DNA from: a virus
Length of the DNA stretch: 64,000 nucleotides
Reading direction: 5' to 3' (one strand)
Virus record (IMG/VR): IMGVR_UViG_3300026531_000001
Span: 16,754-80,753 of that record
Position numbers and translations under genes: made by a program
Notes under the pieces: generated by a model
The model's input: the letters and a program-made list of their open reading frames with translations, nothing else
Told to the model about the DNA's origin: nothing
Databases searched by the model: none
Shown here: in pieces, positions 10,430 through 19,705 of the stretch
How positions within the stretch are numbered: position 1 is the first letter of the stretch
How the letters are laid out: every line of letters starts with the position of its first letter

Positions 10430-10432
10430 GGT
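10411..10432 (+). promoter_or_regulatory. Late promoter motif
   Basis: CGACCG-N10-TAGGGT-N6-GGAGGTGAACATG. Confidence 0.7.
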
Positions 10433-10448
10433 GCCATAGGAGGTGAAC

Positions 10449-10721
10449 ATGAAGCGACTGATCTCGATCTTGCAGGCGCTAATCCAGGCCGCCGGTCTGG
10501 CCGTGACCATCGTGGAGCTGACCGCTGAGGGAACCGGCGAGAAGGGCAAGGCCAAGGAGGACAAAGCCGTCGCCCAGATGCGCGAGCTCTTCCCCCCGGA
10601 GATGCTGCCGGAGGCGTTCCGCGACAGCTACGACATCATTGCGCGCATGGTGATCCGCGCCATCGTCGCATTCTTCAACGCCACGGGTTTTTTCGAGAAG
10701 TCCGGCGCGCCGCCCAGCTAG
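10449..10721 (+). CDS. Small holin-like/lysis accessory protein
   Basis: GGAGG RBS; hydrophobic N-terminus, GEKGKAK and C-terminal IVAFFNATGFF; follows the lysin. Confidence 0.5.
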   Translation: MKRLISILQALIQAAGLAVTIVELTAEGTGEKGKAKEDKAVAQMRELFPPEMLPEAFRDSYDIIARMVIRAIVAFFNATGFFEKSGAPPS

Positions 10722-10851
10722 GCGCGGGCCGGGCACGCAAGCGACCGCGCAGGCCAGGACTACGCAGGTAAGGCGGGCTCGAGCCCGCCTTACCCTTTGA
10801 TACCCGACCGTTACCGCACTGTTCCGCCCCCGCTGCACCCCCTTCCACCCT

Positions 10852-10869
10852 TGTCTGTAGAATAAGACG
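10852..10869 (+). promoter_or_regulatory. Repressor operator over -10
   Basis: TGTCT-GTAGAATA-AGACG. Confidence 0.65.
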
Positions 10870-10870
10870 C

Positions 10871-11260
10871 ATGATAAAGCACCTTATCGCCCCATTGGTG
10901 CTGGCGGCTGGCCTCGCTTGGGCCTCGAGTCCTGATGCGGCCGGTTGGACTGGCTGGGATGTGGAGCTCGGGTGGGAGTGGAGCAACCCCGCCCCGGCCA
11001 TCACGCAGCCGCCAGACAGCCGCATGCCCTTCTCAGGGCATTATTTGCGCCTGGACGCCTACTATTTGCTGGGATCGAGCTGGGGCGTGGACGTTTACCT
11101 CATGCCGCAGGCCGCTTTCTATCCGGGCTCGCTAGGCCGTTCCTGGATAGGGATCCAAGCGCTGGCGGACAGTCCCGATATAACCCTGGGCGTTGAGGCC
11201 CAGTACCAACCCGCAGGCACCTACGTGTTCCGCGCCTATGTACGCCTGGGGGGACGGTAA
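10871..11260 (+). CDS. Secreted/outer-membrane beta-strand protein
   Basis: Signal peptide MIKHLIAPLVLAAGLAWA; alternating aromatic strands. Confidence 0.55.
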   Translation: MIKHLIAPLVLAAGLAWASSPDAAGWTGWDVELGWEWSNPAPAITQPPDSRMPFSGHYLRLDAYYLLGSSWGVDVYLMPQAAFYPGSLGRSWIGIQALADSPDITLGVEAQYQPAGTYVFRAYVRLGGR

Positions 11261-12726
11261 TGGCCGGGCCTAAGCGACCCAAGTGGCTCACCCCTGAGCT
11301 CGAGCAGGCCGCCCGGGCGTACCTGGCCGCCCACCCGGGCCACGGGCCCCAGTACCTGAAGAACCACCTGACCGCCAACGGCCATGAGCTCACCTACTAC
11401 CGCTCGCGGGAGCTCTACCACTTCGTCACCGCCTACACCCCGGAGGGCATGCCCGCGCCGGCGGCGCCGAAGCCACCAGCACCCAAGGCGGCGGCCGAGC
11501 CGAAGCGCCCCGACGTGCGTTTCGAGGAGACCGCCGCGGGCAACGCGTCCCTCACCTACAAGGGCGAACGGCCGCTCAGCCTCGAGGACGTGCTGCGGCT
11601 GGCCCGGGTAGACACCACCGTGTGGGAAGTCGAGCGCTATGTGGTGAATACCTGGGAGATGGGCCGGGCCCACACGAAGAAATCGCTCGAGTGGGACGAC
11701 AGCCGCATGAGCGGCATGATCGAGGACGAAGGCGAGATCAAGAAGGCCCCCCTGTGGCAAATCAAGGTCTGGCTCCGGCGCAAGAAGGACGTGGACCTCA
11801 AGACCGTCTTCGAGGGGCTGATTGAGGACCTGGCCTCACGCGCTACGCCCCGGCCCACGGGAACGCCAGTACGCGTCAAGCGGCTCGAGCGCGACACCGG
11901 CTACCTGGCCGAGATCAGCGTCTACGACCTGCACGTCGGGAAGCTGGCCGCCATCGAGGAGACCGGCAACGCCTACGACACCAAGCGCGCCCTGCGCGTC
12001 TGGCAGGAGGCGGTGGCCTACCTGCTCGAGCAGGTGGCCCTCTACCCGCTCGAGCGGATCGTCATCCCCCTGGGGAACGACCTGTTCCATGTGGACACCC
12101 TCGACAACACCACCACCAAGGGCACGCGCGTGGACGTGGACACCCGCTGGCAGACCGCGTTCCGGCGAGCCGTAGCCCTTCTGACCGGCGACCTGATAGA
12201 CCGCGCCCGGGCCATCGCCCCGGTGCAGATCATCATGGTGCCCGGCAACCACGACCACCAGCGGACGTACTACCTCGGAGAGGTGCTGCGCGCCTACTAC
12301 GCCGCGACCCCCGACGTGGAGGTAGACAACGACCCCACGACGCGCAAGTACCTGCGCTGGGGGCAGGTCATGATCGGCTACACCCACGGCAATGAGGAGA
12401 AGCACGCCGACCTGCCGCTGATCATGGCCAACGAGCGCCCCGAGGACTGGGCCGGAACCCGCTACCGCGAGTGGCACGTCGGGCACCTGCACCGCAAGAG
12501 CGAGCGGGCTTTCCAGCCCCTCGCCGAGAACGGCGGGGTGCGGGTGCGGGTCCTGCCCTCCCTCTCGGGCACGGACGCCTGGCACCACCGGAAAGGCTTC
12601 GTGGCCAACCTGCGCAGCGCCGAGGCCCACGTATTCCACCGGGAGCGTGGCTACACCGCCATGTTCCCCTACTTCGCCGACCCCGCCCTGTACGGCGGGC
12701 TCGAGCACGAGGAGGAAACCGCATGA
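11260..12726 (+). CDS. Calcineurin-like metallophosphoesterase
   Basis: DLHVG, GNDLFH, PGNHD, THG and GHLH motifs. Confidence 0.8.
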   Translation: MAGPKRPKWLTPELEQAARAYLAAHPGHGPQYLKNHLTANGHELTYYRSRELYHFVTAYTPEGMPAPAAPKPPAPKAAAEPKRPDVRFEETAAGNASLTYKGERPLSLEDVLRLARVDTTVWEVERYVVNTWEMGRAHTKKSLEWDDSRMSGMIEDEGEIKKAPLWQIKVWLRRKKDVDLKTVFEGLIEDLASRATPRPTGTPVRVKRLERDTGYLAEISVYDLHVGKLAAIEETGNAYDTKRALRVWQEAVAYLLEQVALYPLERIVIPLGNDLFHVDTLDNTTTKGTRVDVDTRWQTAFRRAVALLTGDLIDRARAIAPVQIIMVPGNHDHQRTYYLGEVLRAYYAATPDVEVDNDPTTRKYLRWGQVMIGYTHGNEEKHADLPLIMANERPEDWAGTRYREWHVGHLHRKSERAFQPLAENGGVRVRVLPSLSGTDAWHHRKGFVANLRSAEAHVFHRERGYTAMFPYFADPALYGGLEHEEETA

Positions 12727-13079
12727 GGAAGTTCTACCGCCGCCTGCGCGCCAAGCTGGGCCTCTACCCCGAGGCCTACGTCGCGCGCGAGCTCGACCGG
12801 CGCGCGCAGGTCTACATGAGCGTGCGCAGCGCCTTTCTCAAGGGCCTCAGCGACCCCAACAAGTCCAGCGAGGAGCACGCGCACGTCGCAGCGGTCCTCT
12901 ACCGCGCTGCCGCCAGCTTCGACGAGCTGGTGGCCGAAGAGCTCGAGCTGGTGCAGGCCCTGGCACCGAACCTGATCGGCCTCACGGCCGGCATGGGCAC
13001 CGCCCCGGCGTTGATCGTCACCGGTAACCCGGCGGCGCAGGCGTACGCGCCGCCCGCGCGCTCGGGGGTGGAAGCGTGA
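12723..13079 (+). CDS. Hypothetical protein
   Basis: ATGA/GTGA translational coupling at both ends (start moved from 12471). Confidence 0.6.
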   Translation: MRKFYRRLRAKLGLYPEAYVARELDRRAQVYMSVRSAFLKGLSDPNKSSEEHAHVAAVLYRAAASFDELVAEELELVQALAPNLIGLTAGMGTAPALIVTGNPAAQAYAPPARSGVEA

Positions 13080-13720
13080 TCGCCCTCGACCTCGACGGCG
13101 TGGTCGCCCTGCTCACCCCTGTGGTGCTGCGGCGCTTGGCAGAACAAGTGGGCCTCGACCTCGACCAGGTGCGCTACTGGGACCCCGCGCATTACGACGA
13201 CCTGCTCGCCGAGCTGCCGGAGCCTTACCGCACTGAGGAGGTGGAGCGCATGGTCTCGGAGCTCTACTGGGACCCTGAGACCTACCGGCAGGCCATGCCC
13301 ATCCCCGGTGCGCTCGAGGCCGCCCAGTGGCTCGCCCGACGCAAGCTGCTCACCGCCTACATCACCCGACGCAAGTCCCACACCGAGGCCGTGACCAAAG
13401 CGTGGCTGCAAGAGCGCGGCTTTCCCCTGCGACCAGTGCACCACGTGGAGCGCCCGGCAACCAAGGCCGACGTAGCGGAGCGGATCGGGGCCCGGGTACT
13501 CGTGGACGACAGCCCCCGGGAAGCGCTCGAGTTCGCCGAGGCCGGCCTAGTGCCCATCTTGCTGGCGCACCGCTACAACCGGCACGTGGACGACCCGCGC
13601 GTCATGCGCGCGGAGGGCTGGCCGGCGCTGCTCGGGCTCTTGAAGGCCCTGCCCTTGGACTACCGCGAGCGGCGCGACCCGCTCGGGTACGGGAACAAGC
13701 GTGGGAGGAGAAACGGATGA
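13076..13720 (+). CDS. HAD-family 5'(3')-deoxyribonucleotidase-like phosphatase
   Basis: DLDGV, ITRR, K and VDD HAD motifs. Confidence 0.8.
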   Translation: MIALDLDGVVALLTPVVLRRLAEQVGLDLDQVRYWDPAHYDDLLAELPEPYRTEEVERMVSELYWDPETYRQAMPIPGALEAAQWLARRKLLTAYITRRKSHTEAVTKAWLQERGFPLRPVHHVERPATKADVAERIGARVLVDDSPREALEFAEAGLVPILLAHRYNRHVDDPRVMRAEGWPALLGLLKALPLDYRERRDPLGYGNKRGRRNG

Positions 13721-14529
13721 AGCAAGAAAGACTGATCGGCATCTCTGGCAAGGCTCGAGCGGGCAAGGACAGCTTCTACCGGCTGGTGCTCGCCCCCCGG
13801 GGCTACACCCGCATCGCCCTGGCCGACCCCCTGAAGGGGCTGGCGCTGGCGCTCGAGGCCCTGACCGTCCCCATGACCACCCCGGGGCTCATGGAACAGG
13901 TGGCCCGGTACACCACGGAGCTCGCTGAGCGCGAGAAGCGCACGCCGGAGCCCCAGGAGATCGTGGGCATCTACCTGAAGCCGGTGCTCTCGATGGTGGC
14001 CGAGCGCTACTATGCCTACTACGGCGCCCGGAAGGGACCGCGGGAGCGCCACCTGCTGCAGCACCTGGGTACCGAGATTGGCCGCAACCTGGACCCCGGG
14101 CTCTGGCTGATCCCGGCGCTCACCGAAGCCCGCCGCGTCCTGGCCGCCGGCGGCCGCGTGGCCATCACCGACGTGCGCTTTCCCAACGAGGCGTACGCCG
14201 TGCAGGGGAACGTCGAGGCTATGCGCCACTTCTATGAGGCCCACGAAGCCCTCGAGGGGCATGTGCTCGAGCCGGTGAAGCACGCCCTGACCCACACCTG
14301 GGACGAAGAGGGCGGCCTGCTGCCGCCCCCGGGCCTCGGGGCGGTGGTGCGGGTGGAACGCCCGGACGCCCCCGAGGTTCTGGACCCCGAGGCGCGGCAG
14401 CACGCCAGCGAGCGCATGGTGGACGCCATCGAGCCCGACTGGATCCTCACCGCCAACACGCTCGCCGAGCTCAAAGCGCGCGGCGATGAACTCTTCGGAG
14501 ACGCCGCAGGCTACCTAGCCGACGCCTAG
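13717..14529 (+). CDS. Deoxynucleoside monophosphate kinase (T4 gp1-like)
   Basis: GISGKARAGKD P-loop, ALADPLK, LQHLGTE, DVRFPNE and HASE motifs; start from ATGA overlap. Confidence 0.85.
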   Translation: MKQERLIGISGKARAGKDSFYRLVLAPRGYTRIALADPLKGLALALEALTVPMTTPGLMEQVARYTTELAEREKRTPEPQEIVGIYLKPVLSMVAERYYAYYGARKGPRERHLLQHLGTEIGRNLDPGLWLIPALTEARRVLAAGGRVAITDVRFPNEAYAVQGNVEAMRHFYEAHEALEGHVLEPVKHALTHTWDEEGGLLPPPGLGAVVRVERPDAPEVLDPEARQHASERMVDAIEPDWILTANTLAELKARGDELFGDAAGYLADA

Positions 14530-14543
14530 CCTTCGTCTCATTA

Positions 14544-14588
14544 GACGGCCAAGCAACACGTCTTGCATGCTTGGCCGTCTCTCTTTTG
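14544..14588 (+). terminator. Intrinsic terminator hairpin
   Basis: AGACGGCCAAGCA...TGCTTGGCCGTCT then CTCTTTT, between convergent genes. Confidence 0.65.
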
Positions 14589-14601
14589 CCCCCGCCCCCC
14601 C

Positions 14602-14636
14602 GACCTTACACGCCGAGGCCCTGCGGTTGTAAGGCT
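14602..14636. repeat. 35-bp palindromic-armed element, copy 1
   Basis: GACCTTACACGCCGAGGCCCTGCGGTTGTAAGGCT; 32/35 identical to 57466-57500. Confidence 0.85.
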
Positions 14637-14643
14637 CGAGCCC

Positions 14644-16665
14644 CTACCGGCGCCGCCACAGCGGGCAGTGGGGCTGATCCTCACCCACTGAAAGATTGAT
14701 CACGATGTTCTGAGGGTGCGTGCACTTGCCACGGCCACCGGAGAGGGCGGAGTAATAGCGACATTCCCCGCAGGTGCGGCTGAGCGCCCGTTTGCGCTCG
14801 AGCTCGAGGTCGGCAGGTCTGACCCCCCCAGGAACCACGGCATCGAGCTGGCGAGGCGGCTCAGGCGAGCTCTCAGGCCCCATGTGAATGCCCGTGCCAC
14901 CCATGCGCCGGGCCAAACCCGCAAGGGCGTAGAGGTGGGCGTGGGCGAAGTGGGGGTCGAGGGCTAGGTGGCGGTAGATTTGCCGGACCTCACCAGAGTG
15001 TACCCGCTCCCCCGTGGGCAGCGTACGGTAAACCGGGATAGTAGCTCGAGCGATGTTCTCGAGGTGGGTCACGTACTCCTTGGCCACCGGCCATTTTTGG
15101 AGCACGCCGCCGATCCGCCGCGGCTGGGTCTTCTCATAGAAGTCCACCGGGATACGGATGCGGCGCCGCTGGAACTGGATCAGCGCCCAATCGAGGGCCT
15201 TGTAGCGGTCCAGGAGCACCCGGTACTCATACTTAACCTCACCGGTGGACTTCTGGATGTCCGACCGGCGCCGCTCGTCCTTCCAGGTGATGGCGTGGGG
15301 AGAGTCAGCATAGTCTGCTAGCCAAACTACGCCCCGGGGCAGGCGACGGGCTAGGTCTACGGCCAGGTCATAAGACGGCTCGCCGTCTATTACCACGATC
15401 TTCGCGTGCCAACGCCGCGCTAGGAGTTCGAGCGCCCGGGCCGCCTCGGAGCCCGACGCCTCGATGACCTCGAGGTGCACCAGGTCGAAGGTGTTCCCGG
15501 GACCTAGCTTGTAGACCACGGCGTGCTTTTCCGGGGCGCGCTGGTCTATCCCAACGGCCACCCATTCACCCTTGAGGTCTTCTGGGTCGGGCCAGTGGTA
15601 CTGAGGGTCCATGCATGCCTCAACGGTTTCTCGCGGTGCCGGCACTGCATCAGGGTCGCGGTAGGGCAACCCCAGGCGCGAGTTATAGAACTCGGGCAGG
15701 TTGTCTCCACGCTCCCACGCCTCCCACAGCTCTGGCAGGTACTTGTTCCCACGTAGGATTTGCGAAAACTGGTAGCCCTCCCATTCGGCACCGGGGTTTT
15801 CGGGAACGTAGAAGCCGTGCTTGAGTAGCACGTCGTCGGTGATCTCGGTCTTGCACTCGGGGCACTGGTAGTGGAGCCTCGAGCCGTCCCGTCCCACTAC
15901 GTCCGGCCAGCGCAGGGGCATGATGATCCCCTCGCGGTGCAGCTTGCAGGCCGGGTTCGGGCAGGGGGTGCGCCAGTAGTTCATCGTGGACCGCTGGAAC
16001 CAGCGGTCTATGTCCATGCCGGGGAAGCCGGCCGTACTGTTCAGCTCGATCAGGCCCTTGCGCCCCTCCCACTCGAACCTCGAGGCCGAAACGCGCACGA
16101 AGGTGCGCTCGATGGTGGCTAGGTCCATGAGGCGCACCTCATCGAAGAGCAAGGCGTCCGCCGGGAAGGAGTCCACGCCGATCCCGGAGCGCATGCCGCG
16201 GAACCGCATCGTGGACACGCCAACGCGCACCAACCCCACAGCGTCCACGTCCCCGATCAGCTTCATCATCTTGCTCGAGGACTGCATCATCGGCCGGAAG
16301 CGGGACTTGTGCAGATCCAGCACGGCCTCGAGCGTCGGGAACATGAGGGCGACGTTGAAGCGCACATTCGAGTCTGCCGTCAACCAGCCGGCGCGGTACA
16401 GCAGCTTGACCGTGAGGCCCATCTGGGCCGCTTTCATGATCACGAGCCGGGAATACGGCTTGTCCCGGCGCTCAGCATAGAGATCCCTCAAGTAGGGCCG
16501 CCCCTCGAGCGAAAAACGCGGTCCACCAACGCCTTCGGGCCGGATGCCGGAGGCGTTGGCGAAACCAACCAACGTTTCCAGCTCGGATGCGCTGAAAACG
16601 GGCGGCGGCCGGAACATGACCTCAGCCGCAGCGCGTGCAAACTCAGGCTCGAGCGCCACGCTCAC
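14644..16665 (-). CDS. Terminase large subunit (lambda GpA-like)
   Basis: MKAAQMGLT Walker A-like, LLFDEV Walker B, CxxC Zn sites, VGIDQ nuclease motif. Confidence 0.85.
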   Translation of the reverse strand: MSVALEPEFARAAAEVMFRPPPVFSASELETLVGFANASGIRPEGVGGPRFSLEGRPYLRDLYAERRDKPYSRLVIMKAAQMGLTVKLLYRAGWLTADSNVRFNVALMFPTLEAVLDLHKSRFRPMMQSSSKMMKLIGDVDAVGLVRVGVSTMRFRGMRSGIGVDSFPADALLFDEVRLMDLATIERTFVRVSASRFEWEGRKGLIELNSTAGFPGMDIDRWFQRSTMNYWRTPCPNPACKLHREGIIMPLRWPDVVGRDGSRLHYQCPECKTEITDDVLLKHGFYVPENPGAEWEGYQFSQILRGNKYLPELWEAWERGDNLPEFYNSRLGLPYRDPDAVPAPRETVEACMDPQYHWPDPEDLKGEWVAVGIDQRAPEKHAVVYKLGPGNTFDLVHLEVIEASGSEAARALELLARRWHAKIVVIDGEPSYDLAVDLARRLPRGVVWLADYADSPHAITWKDERRRSDIQKSTGEVKYEYRVLLDRYKALDWALIQFQRRRIRIPVDFYEKTQPRRIGGVLQKWPVAKEYVTHLENIARATIPVYRTLPTGERVHSGEVRQIYRHLALDPHFAHAHLYALAGLARRMGGTGIHMGPESSPEPPRQLDAVVPGGVRPADLELERKRALSRTCGECRYYSALSGGRGKCTHPQNIVINLSVGEDQPHCPLWRRR

Positions 16666-17167
16666 GCAACCACCCCCATACGGCCAGGCCGAGCGCGTCT
16701 ATGACGTGGGGCCAGTCACGACGTGCCAGATCCTGGAAAGCAGCCGCCGGCCAACCCTCGAGCTCGAGCGCCAGCCGGTTGGCGATGGCTTGGTCATCTT
16801 TGCGCACCTTGGGCACGCCGTAGGCGTCCCGGCGGATCATGGCAGCCCCTGAGCGCATGGCGGGTTTCCAGCGGGAGGCGTAGGTCTCGACCAAGGGCAC
16901 ATTGTAGACCGCAGCCAGGGCCTGGACGTTGCCGAGCACCTGATTGGCATAGGCGCCGTGGATGTTCGGGCGGCGACCCTGATTTTCCCAGCCCTCGAGC
17001 ACGACCAGGGTCGGGCGATAATCCCGAAACACTTCATGCAGTCGCTCAAGTGCCTCACCCCGGGGCACGGCCCCGAGCGCCAGAACCTCACGTCCATGCA
17101 GGACGGCATAGCCAGTGGTACCCCCAGGGTCTACGGCGAGAATGCGGGGAGATCGTCGTCTACTCAC
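16643..17167 (-). CDS. RuvC-like Holliday junction resolvase
   Basis: ILAVDPGGTTG, VVLE and HVIDAL motifs. Confidence 0.8.
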   Translation of the reverse strand: MSRRRSPRILAVDPGGTTGYAVLHGREVLALGAVPRGEALERLHEVFRDYRPTLVVLEGWENQGRRPNIHGAYANQVLGNVQALAAVYNVPLVETYASRWKPAMRSGAAMIRRDAYGVPKVRKDDQAIANRLALELEGWPAAAFQDLARRDWPHVIDALGLAVWGWLRERGARA

Positions 17168-17176
17168 GTCTCCCCT

Positions 17177-17198
17177 AGCGTACGGACGGGGGCCGTCA
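17177..17198 (-). promoter_or_regulatory. Late promoter motif (resolvase-terminase operon)
   Basis: TGACGG-N10-TACGCT-N9-GTG. Confidence 0.65.
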
Positions 17199-17215
17199 GG
17201 GACGGCCCCAGCCGG

Positions 17216-17440
17216 TTATTGAAGCAACCCCTGTATGAGCTCGATTATGTAGTGGCAGACGCTCGGGTGCCGCACACACCAGCGCAATATGGTCTCAAGC
17301 AGCCGCTTGGCTCGAGCGCCGGCCTTGGAAGGCTCCCGTTTTGGGTGCCGGGGCCTTGGTCGGGTTTGATACTTCGGTTTGCGTGCCTTTTGCCTTGTTC
17401 CGCGTCCTCCTTTACTTTGGCTTTTATACATTTTGTTCAA
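17216..17440 (-). CDS. Small basic hypothetical protein
   Basis: 74-aa ORF in a locally AT-richer gap; K/R-rich. Confidence 0.35.
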   Translation of the reverse strand: MNKMYKSQSKGGRGTRQKARKPKYQTRPRPRHPKREPSKAGARAKRLLETILRWCVRHPSVCHYIIELIQGLLQ

Positions 17441-17591
17441 CCATCTATAATCTTAGCGTACCCAGATGAACAATTCTGCGAAGGTCGCTAGCATAAGCTG
17501 TTAAAAATCCCGGTAAGCGTCATTAACGGGATTTTCCAGCGCAAGAGAAGCCGCCCCCGAAGGGGCGGCGATCCGCAGGTGGTGAGTCGGG

Positions 17592-18272
17592 TCAGGCGGA
17601 CGCGAAGCGGGCCTCGTACTCGCGTCGGTGCTCGCCCGTGAGCGCGTCGGGGTCCTCATCGCCGACCATTTCCAGCGCCTCCAGCAGCTCGGCCTCAAGG
17701 TCGCCGTCCAGGAGGTAGCCGTCGCTCGTGGCGTCGGCCTCGAGGGACGCGACCGCCTCATCGAGCGGAACGTCCGGGCTCCAGAGGCTGCTCAGCCCGT
17801 CGAGGGAGCGTGTGTGCGCGTCCCACAGCCAGCGGCCCGCGTCCGCGATCTTGACGAGGCAACTGTCGCACTCGTTGTACTCGCGCTCAAGCAGCGCCTC
17901 GAGCTCCTCACTGGCGGCCTCGGCGTCGTCGCTCAGGCGGCCCACGCGGTTGCTGCCGTCCCACTCGGAGCTCAGGCCGGCGTAGACCCGCTCGAGCAGG
18001 GACGCCACCCGATCGTCGTTAGCGAGCGCACGCAGGGCCTCGCGCGTGAGGCGCGGGTTGAGGGACCAAAGGAGGTCCCGGCCGTGCCAGACCGGCTCCG
18101 GCGTGCCGTCCGAGTAGTTAACCCAGAACCCGACCTCGCCGTCCTCGTTGAGGCGCAGGTAGGCCGGCCGCGGGTGAAGGTCGTTACCGACCCGGTCGTA
18201 CAGGGGCGCGAGACCGTCACCGAGGGCATCGAGGGCCTTGTTCAACGCGTTTTTCATCGCTTCTTTCTTCAT
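17592..18272 (-). CDS. Acidic hypothetical protein, 226 aa
   Basis: GGAGG RBS and TTGACA-N18-TACAAT promoter upstream of ATG 18272; hairpin GCCGCCCC-GAA-GGGGCGGC downstream. Confidence 0.7.
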   Translation of the reverse strand: MKKEAMKNALNKALDALGDGLAPLYDRVGNDLHPRPAYLRLNEDGEVGFWVNYSDGTPEPVWHGRDLLWSLNPRLTREALRALANDDRVASLLERVYAGLSSEWDGSNRVGRLSDDAEAASEELEALLEREYNECDSCLVKIADAGRWLWDAHTRSLDGLSSLWSPDVPLDEAVASLEADATSDGYLLDGDLEAELLEALEMVGDEDPDALTGEHRREYEARFASA

Positions 18273-18293
18273 CGTCAACCTCCCTACGTCTGT

Positions 18294-18356
18294 ATTGTAG
18301 TACGGTACGCGTACCCGTGTCAATACTTGCGCACGGTACGCGCCCCGTGATACGGT
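18294..18356. promoter_or_regulatory. Back-to-back sigmaA promoters, each with an ACGGTACGCG..CCCGTG operator in the spacer
   Basis: Minus strand TTGACA-N18-TACAAT; plus strand TTGCGC-N18-TACGGT; operator copies at 18302-18319 and 18333-18349. Confidence 0.7.
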
Positions 18357-18374
18357 GAGGGCGGAGGTGCGATC

Positions 18375-18836
18375 ATGCCGATGGAAAACGCCCTGAGAGT
18401 CAACACGTCGTTGAGCCCGGAGGTGCGCCCCGGGGCAGACCTGATCCAGCGCGCCCGCGAGCTCTCCCCTACCGAGGTCGCCCGCCGCGACCTGGCCCGC
18501 TACTACGCGATGCTCGAGCGGGCCCGGCGGTCGTTGCGCGGTCGGTTTTCGGCCCGCGAGCTCGAGGCCCTGGCCCATGCACTCGACTCGATGGCCGGCG
18601 TCGAGGCCCCCGAGCTCATCTACCTGGTGCCGGCGACGGTCGAGGAGGCAGTCGGCGAGGAGCGCCTGTGCGAGCAGGCCGGCCTCGAGGACTGCGGCGG
18701 CTTTCTCGAGCGCGTGCGGGGCCTCGACCTGGCCGAGCGGTACGCGCTGGTGGATGCGGTTGGGGTGTACCTGAGCCTCAAGCCAAGCGAGCGCAGCGCC
18801 GACACCTGGGGCGAGCTGGGGCTGCTCTCGAGCTAG
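18375..18836 (+). CDS. Putative RHH-type regulator (paralog of 28472-28915)
   Basis: VARRDLARYYAML...GRFS and ALVDA...WGELG shared with the 28915 gene. Confidence 0.6.
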   Translation: MPMENALRVNTSLSPEVRPGADLIQRARELSPTEVARRDLARYYAMLERARRSLRGRFSARELEALAHALDSMAGVEAPELIYLVPATVEEAVGEERLCEQAGLEDCGGFLERVRGLDLAERYALVDAVGVYLSLKPSERSADTWGELGLLSS

Positions 18837-19576
18837 TCGGTGCCCTCCGTCCGTTCAGGGAGCTGCAGGCGCTTCGGCGCCAGCAGCTCCCTTCGCAGAC
18901 GGTCCTCAAAGACGTTTAACGTTTCTTCGTCTGTCAAATCCCACACGATGTCCCGCACGCCCTGGGCGAGCTTGACGAACTGCTCGAGGGCGCGGGTCTC
19001 AGCCAGCTTCGCGCGGGTCTCGGCGCGCTGCTTTACCGCGTTGATCACCTTGATCGCGCCCTCGACCAAGCGGTCGGTCCAGGCGGCGAGCTCGGTAGCA
19101 AGCCGCAGCGCTGCGCGGATGTCCTGCCCGATCTCGCGGGCGGTGCTGGGGTCCTCATACATGCGGGCGTTCTCGGCGGCTTGGGCTAAGGCCTCAGTGA
19201 GCTTGTCGAACTTTTCGGCCCTCTCCTTCTGGGTATCCGCTAGGTCCAGCAGCCACTCGAGGGTGGCCTTGAGCGTAGCTAGGGCGGTGTCGGTCTCGTC
19301 GAGCTTTTCTGTGGCGCGCAGGAGCTCGTCACGCAGCTCGCGGATTGAGGTCATGCCCTTCTTGGTATAGAGACCGTGCACCGGTGGGCGGCCCGGGGGC
19401 TTCTTCTTGCCTTCGCGCTCGCGCTTCGCCGAGCCCGCGCCGTGCTTCCAGCACACGTCATAGCCCTTACGCGCCGGATTTGAGCAGCGTTTCCCAGATT
19501 TGAGGATCGCTTTACAGCGTCGAGCGCGGCCGCCATTGGGCAGCTCGATGTAGTCCTCGGAACGGTCGCCCATCAT
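18833..19576 (-). CDS. Terminase small subunit-like protein (HGGxSTG-type Zn finger)
   Basis: CKAILKSGKRCSNPA...CWKHGAGS and HGLY motifs; late promoter upstream. Confidence 0.65.
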   Translation of the reverse strand: MMGDRSEDYIELPNGGRARRCKAILKSGKRCSNPARKGYDVCWKHGAGSAKREREGKKKPPGRPPVHGLYTKKGMTSIRELRDELLRATEKLDETDTALATLKATLEWLLDLADTQKERAEKFDKLTEALAQAAENARMYEDPSTAREIGQDIRAALRLATELAAWTDRLVEGAIKVINAVKQRAETRAKLAETRALEQFVKLAQGVRDIVWDLTDEETLNVFEDRLRRELLAPKRLQLPERTEGTD

Positions 19577-19581
19577 GACCT

Positions 19582-19603
19582 ACCGTATGCCGCGATACCG
19601 TAG
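19582..19603 (-). promoter_or_regulatory. Late promoter motif (TerS-like gene)
   Basis: CTACGG-N10-TACGGT-N5-ATG. Confidence 0.65.
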
Positions 19604-19646
19604 GAGTTTTTGCCAAGTTGAGCGGTACATGGGATGTGGTTCAAAT

Positions 19647-19680
19647 GGTAGACCCTACGGCTGGAACCGTAGGGTCTACC
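19647..19680. terminator. Terminator hairpin downstream of dnaN
   Basis: GGTAGACCCTACGG...CCGTAGGGTCTACC perfect inverted repeat. Confidence 0.6.
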
Positions 19681-19705
19681 GCGATTAGCGGTTGTCGAAC
19701 CGCGG

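Noticed and set aside
19647-19680. Extra late promoter (TAGGGT at 19670; also 30128)
   Set aside because: Part of a hairpin or wrong upstream spacing, with no appropriately placed downstream gene.
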